64,000 nt of DNA, taken from Candidatus Binatia bacterium. GTDB lineage: Bacteria; Desulfobacterota; Binatia; UBA9968; JAJDTQ01. The notes below the pieces were generated by a model, which was given only the letters and a program-made list of their open reading frames with translations, had not been told where the DNA came from and did not search any database. A program made the position numbers and the translations under genes. Below, piece by piece: positions 54,305 to 64,000 of this stretch; positions within the stretch are counted from its first letter, which is position 1; every line of letters starts with the position of its first letter. The stretch lies in contig OY762897.2 of NCBI GenBank assembly GCA_963666515.2, positions 4,416,001 to 4,480,000 on the forward strand, in the 5' to 3' direction.

Positions 54305-55561
54305 CTACCCGCCGTTCGTCCGGTCCCTGCCGGTCTTGGCGACTCTCTTATTGAGGCGACGACCCTTGAGGGCGATCCCGGCTTCGGTCAACACATAGGC
54401 TTGGTCCGGATGATTGGGCTTGTATGGACGGGTCATTCGGAGTACGCCGCTTCGCAACAGCGGCTCAAGATGGGCGCGGCGGAAGAAGGTGCGGTGCGCG
54501 AAGCCGAGTTCGACCAGGATGTCCGTCAGGGAGCGCGGTTCATCGCAGAACATAATGACTTTCCAGGCCGCCTCGTCGAGATATTCAGGTGCGGGAACTC
54601 GGTCAGTGCCCAACCTTGGTGGTCCAGGACTGACTTGGTCAGTGACCAACCTGGGCGGTCTTGAGCCGACTTGTGCAGTGGACAAGTTCTCCCGTCCGGA
54701 CCGGGGTTGGTCACGGACCGGGTCCGATCGTTCGGTGGCGGTTCGATCATTGGCTTGGTCAGTCCGGCCTGGCCGTCCCTTAAGTCGTGTAGCAATCTCG
54801 AAGACCGGCGCTTCCTCCGGCAAAGCGTCGGACCAGTCCCGGCGATGCCACTGCCAGTCCACGACCGGGCGGGGCAGCATCTGGCGAACCGCACGCTCAA
54901 CGCCGAATAGAAGGACCGACGCGCGCGTCGGCAGCAACCGGCTGCCGATTTCGACGACGAGGCCCCAATGATACAGAAACTCCAGGTGCGAGAGCGTCTC
55001 GTCGTGGCGACCGGGATTTCGGTCGTCGAAACGCTTCCGATACCAACGTAGAGAATCGTCGTCAAAGCATTGTTCGGGAGCGAGGTCCAGCGGCTCCCCA
55101 TCGTAGCGTTCGTCTGCCGCGTCGCGGAGCAGTCGCTCGAGTTGTATTTCCGTGCATCGCTCGTCGCCCGCCCCCCGGCGGATGAACGACTGCCGGATAT
55201 CGCCGCCAAGGTAGACCGGTTTGTCCTGCCTGCGCGCCTCGGGAATATGAAAGGCGAGAAGCGCCTTGCCATCCTCCTCGATCAACCGTTCCTTTACGGC
55301 GATGACGCGGTTCAGCTTCTGACCGGAACGCAAGACGCTAAGGAAGTCGTTCTGGACCTTGTCTACCTCCTCGACTCCGACGATCTCGAAGCCGCCCGCA
55401 ACGTCCCGGACGCCGAAGATCAGCCATCCACCCTCTGTGTTGGAAAAGGCGGAAACCGTTTCGTAGGCGGACGCCGGTACGTTCCGTTGAGCTCTCTTGA
55501 ACTCGACGTCGTTCCACTCGTAGTAACCCTTGAGGCGTTCGATGAGTTCCTGCCGATCCAT
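54305..55561 (-). CDS. AlbA_2 (Schlafen-like) domain protein with C-terminal wHTH, possibly internally deleted
   Basis: EWNDVEFK, ETVSAFSNTEGGWLIFGV and FIRRGAGD; low-complexity xDQ repeats; C-terminal LEPLL..G.LRMT.P.KPNHPDQAY.LT. Confidence 0.78.
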   Translation of the reverse strand: MDRQELIERLKGYYEWNDVEFKRAQRNVPASAYETVSAFSNTEGGWLIFGVRDVAGGFEIVGVEEVDKVQNDFLSVLRSGQKLNRVIAVKERLIEEDGKALLAFHIPEARRQDKPVYLGGDIRQSFIRRGAGDERCTEIQLERLLRDAADERYDGEPLDLAPEQCFDDDSLRWYRKRFDDRNPGRHDETLSHLEFLYHWGLVVEIGSRLLPTRASVLLFGVERAVRQMLPRPVVDWQWHRRDWSDALPEEAPVFEIATRLKGRPGRTDQANDRTATERSDPVRDQPRSGRENLSTAQVGSRPPRLVTDQVSPGPPRLGTDRVPAPEYLDEAAWKVIMFCDEPRSLTDILVELGFAHRTFFRRAHLEPLLRSGVLRMTRPYKPNHPDQAYVLTEAGIALKGRRLNKRVAKTGRDRTNGG

Positions 55562-55775
55562 GATTCATTTTACCAACTGCCGAGGGAGGTTACCAAATGG
55601 CCAGGATGGCGCACTACAGGACGGATCGGAACAAGATGATCCTCGTGTAGATTTGGAATCCTTGCGATCAATTCCGCTTTTGTCTACGAATACTGTTCGA
55701 GGCCGGACGGGTCAGCGCGGAATCATGCGCCTCCTTCCGAGCCTGAGTTCGCCAATCAGCCAGGGAGTACAGACC

Positions 55776-57152
55776 ATGAGAGACCTCCAGGAATTCATTG
55801 CGGCCGAGGAAGCGCGGCGCCCGGGCGACCTGATCCGGGTGAAGGACCCCATCGACCCCAACAAGTGCGAGACCATCGCCTTCCTCAAGCACCTGGATGA
55901 CCGCGGGCTGGAGAAGATGGTGCTGTTCGAGAACGTGACGACGCTGGAAGGGAAGCCGTCGCCTTTCCCGCTCTTCTATAATCCGTGGGTGAGCCGGCAG
56001 TTCTGCGCCGACGGCATCGGCATGGGCGACCTCAAGTCCAAGATGGAGTTGAGCCTGGAGGTTTCGCGGCTGGAGAAGGAGAAGGGCGACACGGAGGTGG
56101 TCGCCCCCGACGCCGCGCCGTGCCGGGAGGTGGTGGTCCGGGGTTCCGACGTGGACCTGGCCAAGTACCCCATCCCCATGCACCACGACCTCGACGTGGG
56201 CCCCTACTGGACCATGGCCTGCGTCATGAAAGGGGAGTCAGACCCCTTCTACGACATCACCTTCACCAAGAACCTCTATTACGACGGCCGGACCATGAGC
56301 TTCTCGGCCCACAAGCACCACCACCTGGAAGCCATCGTCAGCGAGAACGAGGCCAAAGACCAGCGCGCGCCGGTGATCATCGTGATGGGGCACCACCCGG
56401 CGTTCTACTTCTCGTCCTGTTGCATGACCCCCTACGGCAACGACGACTACCAGAGCGCTGCGGCGTTCATGCGCGAGCCGTTGCGGCTGACCCCGTCGGT
56501 GACATGGGGCGAGGACTTCCTCGTGCCCGCGGACGCCGAGATGATCATCGAGGGCGAGGTTCCGCCCAACGTACGGCGCTCCCAGAATCCCTTCGGCGAG
56601 GTGCTGCGCTACTACCAGGTGACCATGGACGTGCCCATCATCGAGGTCACCGCCGTCACGCATCGCAGGAACGCCGTGATGCAGGACATCTGGGCCGGCC
56701 AGAAGGACCACTGGAACTTGGGTGGTATCACCAAGGAGGGCAGCGTTTACAACTCCATCAAGCGCAACATCCCGGGCATCAAGGCCATCAACCTGCCCCA
56801 CTCCGGATGCGCCCGGGTGATCTGCTACATCTCCATCAAGAAGGAGTTCCCCAACGAGCCCAAGAAGGCGGCCTTGCAGGCCTTCGCCGACATGCCCAAC
56901 CTCAAGCTCTGCGTGGTGGTGGACGACGACGTGGACGTGTTCAACGAGCGCGACGTGCTGTGGGCGGTGGGCACCCGCACCCACTGGGACCGGGACCTGG
57001 ACGTCATCCGCGAGGTCCAGAACTTCCGCGGCTGGCTCGGCGACAGCGTCGCCGTGGTAGATGCCACCCGCCCCCTGGAAGGCGAGTTCCCCATCAAGAA
57101 CGAGGTGCCCATCGAGGCCATGAAGCGGGTGGACGTGAGCAAGTACGTATGA
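55776..57152 (+). CDS. Divergent UbiD-family protein
   Basis: MRDLQEFI, LFENV, PADAEMIIEG, QNPFGE, VVVDDDVDVFN..DVLWAV.TR and VDATRP. Confidence 0.88.
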   Translation: MRDLQEFIAAEEARRPGDLIRVKDPIDPNKCETIAFLKHLDDRGLEKMVLFENVTTLEGKPSPFPLFYNPWVSRQFCADGIGMGDLKSKMELSLEVSRLEKEKGDTEVVAPDAAPCREVVVRGSDVDLAKYPIPMHHDLDVGPYWTMACVMKGESDPFYDITFTKNLYYDGRTMSFSAHKHHHLEAIVSENEAKDQRAPVIIVMGHHPAFYFSSCCMTPYGNDDYQSAAAFMREPLRLTPSVTWGEDFLVPADAEMIIEGEVPPNVRRSQNPFGEVLRYYQVTMDVPIIEVTAVTHRRNAVMQDIWAGQKDHWNLGGITKEGSVYNSIKRNIPGIKAINLPHSGCARVICYISIKKEFPNEPKKAALQAFADMPNLKLCVVVDDDVDVFNERDVLWAVGTRTHWDRDLDVIREVQNFRGWLGDSVAVVDATRPLEGEFPIKNEVPIEAMKRVDVSKYV

Positions 57153-57186
57153 CGTGATCGAGAGGAAGCGGAGAGAGGACCAGGAA

Positions 57187-57531
57187 ATGGCCAAGCTGAA
57201 ATTCTACTACAAGAACACCTGAACCACCTGTCGCAAGGCAAGAAGTTTCTTGCAATCACAAGGGGCGGAGCTGGAGGAGCGGGAGTACGGCAAGCAGCCG
57301 TTGACCGAGAAAGAGTTGGGATCCATCATCGGCAGCGAGCCGGTGACGGATTTTCTCAACACGCGGACGCCGCTCTACCGCGAGCGGAAGATGAAGGACA
57401 ACCCTCCCACCAAAGAGGAGGCCATCCGGCTGATGCTCGGGGACCAGAATCTCTTGCGCCGCCCGGTCACCATCAAGGGCAAGCGCAAGGTCGCCGGCTT
57501 CGACGAGGCCGCGCTCAAGGCCCTGCTCTGA
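57187..57531 (+). CDS. ArsC/Spx-MgsR family thioredoxin-fold protein, probable selenoprotein (UxxC)
   Basis: ATG at 57187 gives MAKLKFYYKNT-TGA(57220)-TTCRKARSFL, in frame with ORF 57250-57531 (NLLRRP, AGFDE). A hairpin lies 16-31 nt after the UGA. Confidence 0.85.
57238..57253 (+). promoter_or_regulatory. Candidate bacterial SECIS apical stem-loop
   Basis: GCAAGA-AGTT-TCTTGC; G at the second loop position; loop starts 21 nt after the UGA. Confidence 0.6.
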
Positions 57532-57541
57532 CCCGAACCCC

Positions 57542-57880
57542 ATGGGCCAGATCACCTTCGACGACTTCCTGAAGGTCGACGTGCGCGTCGGCACCATCAC
57601 CCGGGTGGAGCCTTTCCCGGAGGCGCGCAAGCCCGCCTACAAGCTGTACGTGGATTTCGGTCCCGAGATCGGCGAGCGCAAGAGCTCGGCCCAGGTCACG
57701 CACCACTACACCGCGGAGGAGCTGGTGGGCCGGCAGGTCGCCGCCGTGGTGAACTTCCCGCCCAAGCAGATCGGCCCGTTCCGTTCCGAGATCCTCGTGC
57801 TGGGCTTTCCCGACGCCGGCGGCGAGGTGGTGATGATCGAGCCCAACCGCCCGGTGCCGAACGGCGGCCGGCTGTTTTGA
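57542..57880 (+). CDS. csaA: tRNA-binding/export chaperone CsaA
   Basis: [28 protein letters not shown] and [19 protein letters not shown]. Confidence 0.93.
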   Translation: MGQITFDDFLKVDVRVGTITRVEPFPEARKPAYKLYVDFGPEIGERKSSAQVTHHYTAEELVGRQVAAVVNFPPKQIGPFRSEILVLGFPDAGGEVVMIEPNRPVPNGGRLF

Positions 57881-57917
57881 AAAAGCCGCCTGCTCCGTAT
57901 ACGGCGCAGGCGGCTTT
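57880..57917 (-). terminator. Intrinsic terminator between convergent csaA and thiC
   Basis: AAAGCCGCCTGC-loop-GCAGGCGGCTTT, with a U-tract on the minus strand. Confidence 0.7.
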
Positions 57918-57954
57918 CGTGCAGGATGACTTGGCGCTTCAGGCGCGCCGTTTC

Positions 57955-59877
<1,923 letters not shown>

Positions 59878-60021
59878 TCACGAAGTTCCGTATTGCCTGT
59901 ACGGACCTCGATGCAAGGGGATACGGTGTTGGAACCCTTCACTTCTATCGCAACGAGGCTCACGGCGTCAAGGTAGACGGCGGCGGGGTGGACGGGCGGG
60001 GAGTGCGTCCGGGGGCGGCGG

Positions 60022-60570
<549 letters not shown>

Positions 60571-60590
60571 GGACGCTTCAGCTAACACAG

Positions 60591-61421
60591 TCACGGCAAA
60601 TAGGAAAGCGGGTTCCGGGCGACGTTGTTCCTGCGGATCTCGAAGTGGAGGACGGGGGTGGTGACCCGGCCGGTGGCGCCGACCTCGGCGATGACCTGCC
60701 TGCGGTTCACCCTTTGTCCCTGCCGCACCAGGTTCCGGCGGTTGTGCGCGTAGACCGACGCGAAGCCGCCCCGGTGGCGCACGATGATGAGGTTGCCGTA
60801 GCCGCGCAGGTGGTCGCTGTAGATCACCCGTCCCGCCAGCGTCGCCCGGACCGGGGTGCCCGAAGGCGCGGCGATGTCGATTCCGTCATTGAGGCTGTCG
60901 AGCCGTGAATCGAACCTGGCGGTGATCTTCCCCTTCACGGGCCAGGCGAAGCCTTGTTTCGCCGGTGGCCGCCGCCTGGCTCGCTTCCGGGCCGCCGGCG
61001 TCGAGGGCCGGGCGGCTCGGGCGCGCGGGGTTTGTCTGACCGCGGCCTTGTTGCGAGACGGTTTCCCGGGCGTGGCCTTCACACGAGGCGGTGGCCGCCG
61101 GGGCTCCTTGATCGGGGTGATGATCTCCACGGGCAACACCCGTGTCGCGCCGGGTATGAACAGCCGTCGCCCGATCCGGATGTCGCGGGCATCGGCGATG
61201 CGGTTGGTGCGCGCCAGGGCCTTGTGATCGATGCCGTACGCCTTGCCGATGCGGTAGAGGTTCTCGCCTTTCTTGACGACGTGGTGGATGCCGGCTTTCG
61301 CGGGAGCCCTTCCGGGCGCGCGGCGGGTGACATCGCGGTTGTCGTGGTAGCTGCAGCCGGCTGCGGCGAGGATGATCGGAAGGCAGAGCAGTCCGAGAGC
61401 GCGAACGGCTAATCCGGCCAA
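60591..61421 (-). CDS. nlpD: LysM + M23 peptidase lipoprotein (NlpD-like)
   Basis: GGAGG then TTG; lipobox AAGC; HVVKKGENLYRI (LysM); WPVKG, NDGIDI, GYGNLII, YAHN and LHFEIR. Confidence 0.88.
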   Translation of the reverse strand: MAGLAVRALGLLCLPIILAAAGCSYHDNRDVTRRAPGRAPAKAGIHHVVKKGENLYRIGKAYGIDHKALARTNRIADARDIRIGRRLFIPGATRVLPVEIITPIKEPRRPPPRVKATPGKPSRNKAAVRQTPRARAARPSTPAARKRARRRPPAKQGFAWPVKGKITARFDSRLDSLNDGIDIAAPSGTPVRATLAGRVIYSDHLRGYGNLIIVRHRGGFASVYAHNRRNLVRQGQRVNRRQVIAEVGATGRVTTPVLHFEIRRNNVARNPLSYLP

Positions 61422-62080
61422 CCGTACCTCCCCATAAGCTTGACGAACCGACATCCTCCAAGGTCCGTTTCTTCGAGGCCGGTGGGGGTCCGGGCCATGA
61501 GCTTGAGGTTCTGTGACTGGTCGTCGCCGATGGGAATGATGAGCCTGCCGCCGCCCGCGAGTTGCTGAGCCAGCGGCGCCGGCGCTTTCGGCGCCCCCGC
61601 GGCCACGACGATGGCGTCGTAGGGCGCGTGCTCGGACCATCCGAGGGTCCCGTCTCCCAGATGGATCGCCACGTTGTAGTAGCGCAGCTCGTCGAGGATC
61701 GTCCGCGCCTGCACCGCCAGGCTGCGGAGCTTCTCCACCGAGAAGACGTTCGCGCACAACTCCGCCAGGAGCGCCGTCTGGTAGGCGGAGCCGGTGCCGA
61801 TCTCCAGGACGCGTTCGGTGCCCTTCAGCTTGAGGGCCTGCAACATGTACCCGACGATGTAGGGCTGGGAGATGGTCTGCCTGGCGCCGATGGGCAGCGG
61901 GTCGTCGTCGTAGGCGCGGTTGACCAGGGCCGGCTCCACGAAGAGATGGCGCGGCACCTTGCGCATGGCCTGGATCACGCGCGGGTCGTGGACTCCCCGG
62001 TCGAGCAATTGGGACTGGACCATCCGCTCCCTGGCGCCCTCGAATCCTGCGGCACTGCGATTGTTCGAACTCACGGCCAT
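61409..62080 (-). CDS. pcm: Protein-L-isoaspartate O-methyltransferase
   Basis: VPRHLF, QTISQPY, VLEIGTGSAYQ, GDGTLGW..APYDAI and CRFVKL. Confidence 0.95.
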   Translation of the reverse strand: MAVSSNNRSAAGFEGARERMVQSQLLDRGVHDPRVIQAMRKVPRHLFVEPALVNRAYDDDPLPIGARQTISQPYIVGYMLQALKLKGTERVLEIGTGSAYQTALLAELCANVFSVEKLRSLAVQARTILDELRYYNVAIHLGDGTLGWSEHAPYDAIVVAAGAPKAPAPLAQQLAGGGRLIIPIGDDQSQNLKLMARTPTGLEETDLGGCRFVKLMGRYGWPD

Positions 62081-62124
62081 TGATCGAGGCGGCGGCACGG
62101 GCTGTCTGCGGTCCCGGCAAGAAA

Positions 62125-62201
62125 TGGTCGGGGCGACTGGATTTGAACCAGCGACCACACGCACCCCAAGCGTGTGCGCTACCAGGCTGCGCTACGCCCC
62201 G
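62125..62201 (-). tRNA. tRNA-Pro(GGG)
   Basis: Reverse complement CGGGGCGTAGCGCAGCCTGGTAGCGCACACGCTT-GGG-GTGCGTGTGGTCGCTGGTTCAAATCCAGTCGCCCCGACCA; 77 nt. Confidence 0.97.
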
Positions 62202-62257
62202 ACACTACCTGAGAACTCTTAACACTCAACCGGGAACGGGTCAATTCTGCCCGGCCG

Positions 62258-62620
62258 CTAGGAGATCATGTCGCGGAGTGAGGTCAGATCTTCCTTGATC
62301 CTGAGGAGGGCTTCCTTGTATTCCGGGTCCGGCCACGGGCTCGGCGGCGGCTCGTCGCCGCCCGGCTCGCGCTGCTTGAGCTTCTTCCTGGCCCCGTCGA
62401 TGGTGTACCCCTCGGTGTACAGAAGCTGCTTGATCTGGAGCAGCAGCTCGACGTCCTTGCGCCGGTAGAGACGGTGGCGGGAGGGCGCCTTGCCGGGGTT
62501 CAGGAGGTCGAACTCGGTCTCCCAGTAGCGCAGCACGTGGGGCTTCAGCTTCAGGAGGGAGCTGACTTCGCCGATCTTGAAGTAGAGCTTGTCGGGAATC
62601 ACGACCGCCATGGGTGCCAT
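62258..62620 (-). CDS. MerR-family regulator (conserved ihfA-linked type)
   Basis: [24 protein letters not shown] and [12 protein letters not shown]. Confidence 0.93.
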   Translation of the reverse strand: MAPMAVVIPDKLYFKIGEVSSLLKLKPHVLRYWETEFDLLNPGKAPSRHRLYRRKDVELLLQIKQLLYTEGYTIDGARKKLKQREPGGDEPPPSPWPDPEYKEALLRIKEDLTSLRDMIS

Positions 62621-62635
62621 GATATCACGAAACGA

Positions 62636-62953
62636 TCACGAAATGGCGATGCCGTCGGTATCCTGGAGTTCGGCGGGACCGGAATTCATGTTCTTCTTCA
62701 GGGTCTGGCTGGGCTTGAAGGTGAGCACCTTGCGGCCCGCGATGGTGATCTCCTCGCCGGTCTGAGGGTTCCGGCCCTTGCGCGGCTGCTTTCCGTGGAT
62801 GACGAAGTTGCCGAACCCCGAGATCTTGACCTTGTCGCCTGCCTCCAGGCGGGATTTGATGATCTCGAAGGTGGCTTCGACGACGTCGGTGGCCTCCTTC
62901 TTGGAGAAACCCACCCGCTCATAGATCCGGTTGATGATGTCGGCCTTGGTCAT
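62636..62953 (-). CDS. ihfA: Integration host factor subunit alpha
   Basis: MTKADI, VKISGFGNF, RKGRNPQTGEEI and VLTFKPSQ; located after pheT. Confidence 0.93.
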   Translation of the reverse strand: MTKADIINRIYERVGFSKKEATDVVEATFEIIKSRLEAGDKVKISGFGNFVIHGKQPRKGRNPQTGEEITIAGRKVLTFKPSQTLKKNMNSGPAELQDTDGIAIS

Positions 62954-62988
62954 GGTTGCCCTCCTCCGCGACGCGTGCTCGGACACCG

Positions 62989-64000
62989 CTACCGCAGTGT
63001 GGCGTCGAACGCGGCACAGAGCCGGCGGGTCAGGTCCTCGTGCACGGCGTTGACCTCGCGGTCGGTGAGGGTTCTCTCCGGCGATCTGTAGAACACCTTG
63101 TAGGCGAGACTCTTCCGGCCTTCGCTGATGGGAGCGCCGGTGTACTCGTCGAAGACGTCCACTCTTTCGATGAGGTCCCGATCCAGCCCCCTGACCCACT
63201 CGATCACCGTCCGGCTCGGGAAGTCTTCGGCCACGACGATGGCGAGGTCCCGCTCAACCGACGGGAAACGGGGAATGGGGCGCACCCTGAAATCTGGCCG
63301 AGCATAGTGAACGACGGTGCTGAAGTCAAGCTCGAACAGGAAGCAGGGGGGCAGGTCGAATTCCTCGCGAACTCGCGGACTTATCTCGCCAACGTAGCCC
63401 AAGGGGGAGGTCCCGGCGAAGACCGCGGCGAACCTCCCCGGGTGCAGGACGGGCGGCGCGCCGTCCGCGGACCAGCGGGAATCGGCGCAGCCCAGGCCTT
63501 CCAGGAGGTCCTCCACGATGCCCTTCACGTCGGCGAACGCGAAGGCCCGGCTCTCCACCTTGAGGCCGCGTTGCGGCCGGTGGCCGCGGATCAGTCCGGC
63601 GACGTTCATCCGTTCGGTGTAACCGCCGCCGTCATCGAGCGAGAACACCTTGTTCAGCTCGAAGATCATCGAGCTCCCGCTGCGGCGCTCGGCGTGGTAA
63701 TGCAGGTTCTCGACCAGCCCGGGCAGCAGGCTCAGGCGCATCTCGTCGGTTTCCTGGCGCAGCGGATTGGTGACCCGCACGGGTTTGCCGTCCTCGCCCC
63801 ACAGTCCGGGAAAGGCGCCGTTCATCTTCGGCGAGCAGAAGGGCAGGGTCACCACCTCGCTCAACCCCGCGGTGGTGAGCAGCGAGCGGATCTTGCGCAT
63901 CCAGCGCAGGAGCGGGTCGCCCTGTCCGTCGCCCATCCGCACCGCCGGCAGCGTGGCCGGTATGTTGTCGTAGCCGTGAACCCGCGCCAGTTCCTCGACG
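62989..64000 (-). CDS. pheT: Phenylalanine-tRNA ligase beta subunit, 3' part (runs off window)
   Basis: NPL..MRLSLLPGL, LHPGR, FPSVERDLA, FDEYTG, KSLAY and RTLTD (FDX-ACB domain). Confidence 0.95.
   Translation of the reverse strand, partial: VEELARVHGYDNIPATLPAVRMGDGQGDPLLRWMRKIRSLLTTAGLSEVVTLPFCSPKMNGAFPGLWGEDGKPVRVTNPLRQETDEMRLSLLPGLVENLHYHAERRSGSSMIFELNKVFSLDDGGGYTERMNVAGLIRGHRPQRGLKVESRAFAFADVKGIVEDLLEGLGCADSRWSADGAPPVLHPGRFAAVFAGTSPLGYVGEISPRVREEFDLPPCFLFELDFSTVVHYARPDFRVRPIPRFPSVERDLAIVVAEDFPSRTVIEWVRGLDRDLIERVDVFDEYTGAPISEGRKSLAYKVFYRSPERTLTDREVNAVHEDLTRRLCAAFDATLR

Overview
High-GC bacterial chromosome segment. The pheT-ihfA-merR-tRNA-Pro-pcm-nlpD-apt gene order, F420 genes, UbiD paralogues and REP-like repeats suggest a Deltaproteobacteria-like/Binatia-type organism (inference only). 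Contents left to right: (1) 1-9500, a defence island abutting the 3' end of tRNA-Ala(CGC): DUF1156 adenine methylase broken by an IS1380 element and a +1 frameshift, an AlbA_2/Schlafen-domain protein, DUF488, and a HEPN-DUF499 ATPase. (2) larC, an alpha-carbonic anhydrase-bioF-bioA-bioD operon, clpB, hisC, and a CNNM/CorC transporter preceded by an unannotated proline-rich 40-aa ORF. (3) An F420 cluster cofG-cofH-cofD-cofC-cofE-npdG. (4) Amidohydrolases, a TctC plus fused TctA-TctB transporter, two GSTs, UbiD, tRNA-Leu(CAA), and a DUF1302-DUF1329-YCF48-RND cluster. (5) rlmE, glmS, glmU, and a small membrane protein-TPR-ferredoxin operon. (6) A small accessory islet with nested IS remnants, a thermonuclease, an Mrr-like nuclease and higBA with a frameshifted toxin. 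(7) hisG-hisI, cutA, a second AlbA_2 protein, a divergent UbiD followed by a probable UGA-recoded (UxxC) ArsC-family selenoprotein that the ORF track truncates, csaA, thiC with no visible TPP riboswitch, apt, nlpD, pcm, tRNA-Pro(GGG), merR, ihfA and partial pheT. All calls come from reading motifs by eye; no database search was run.
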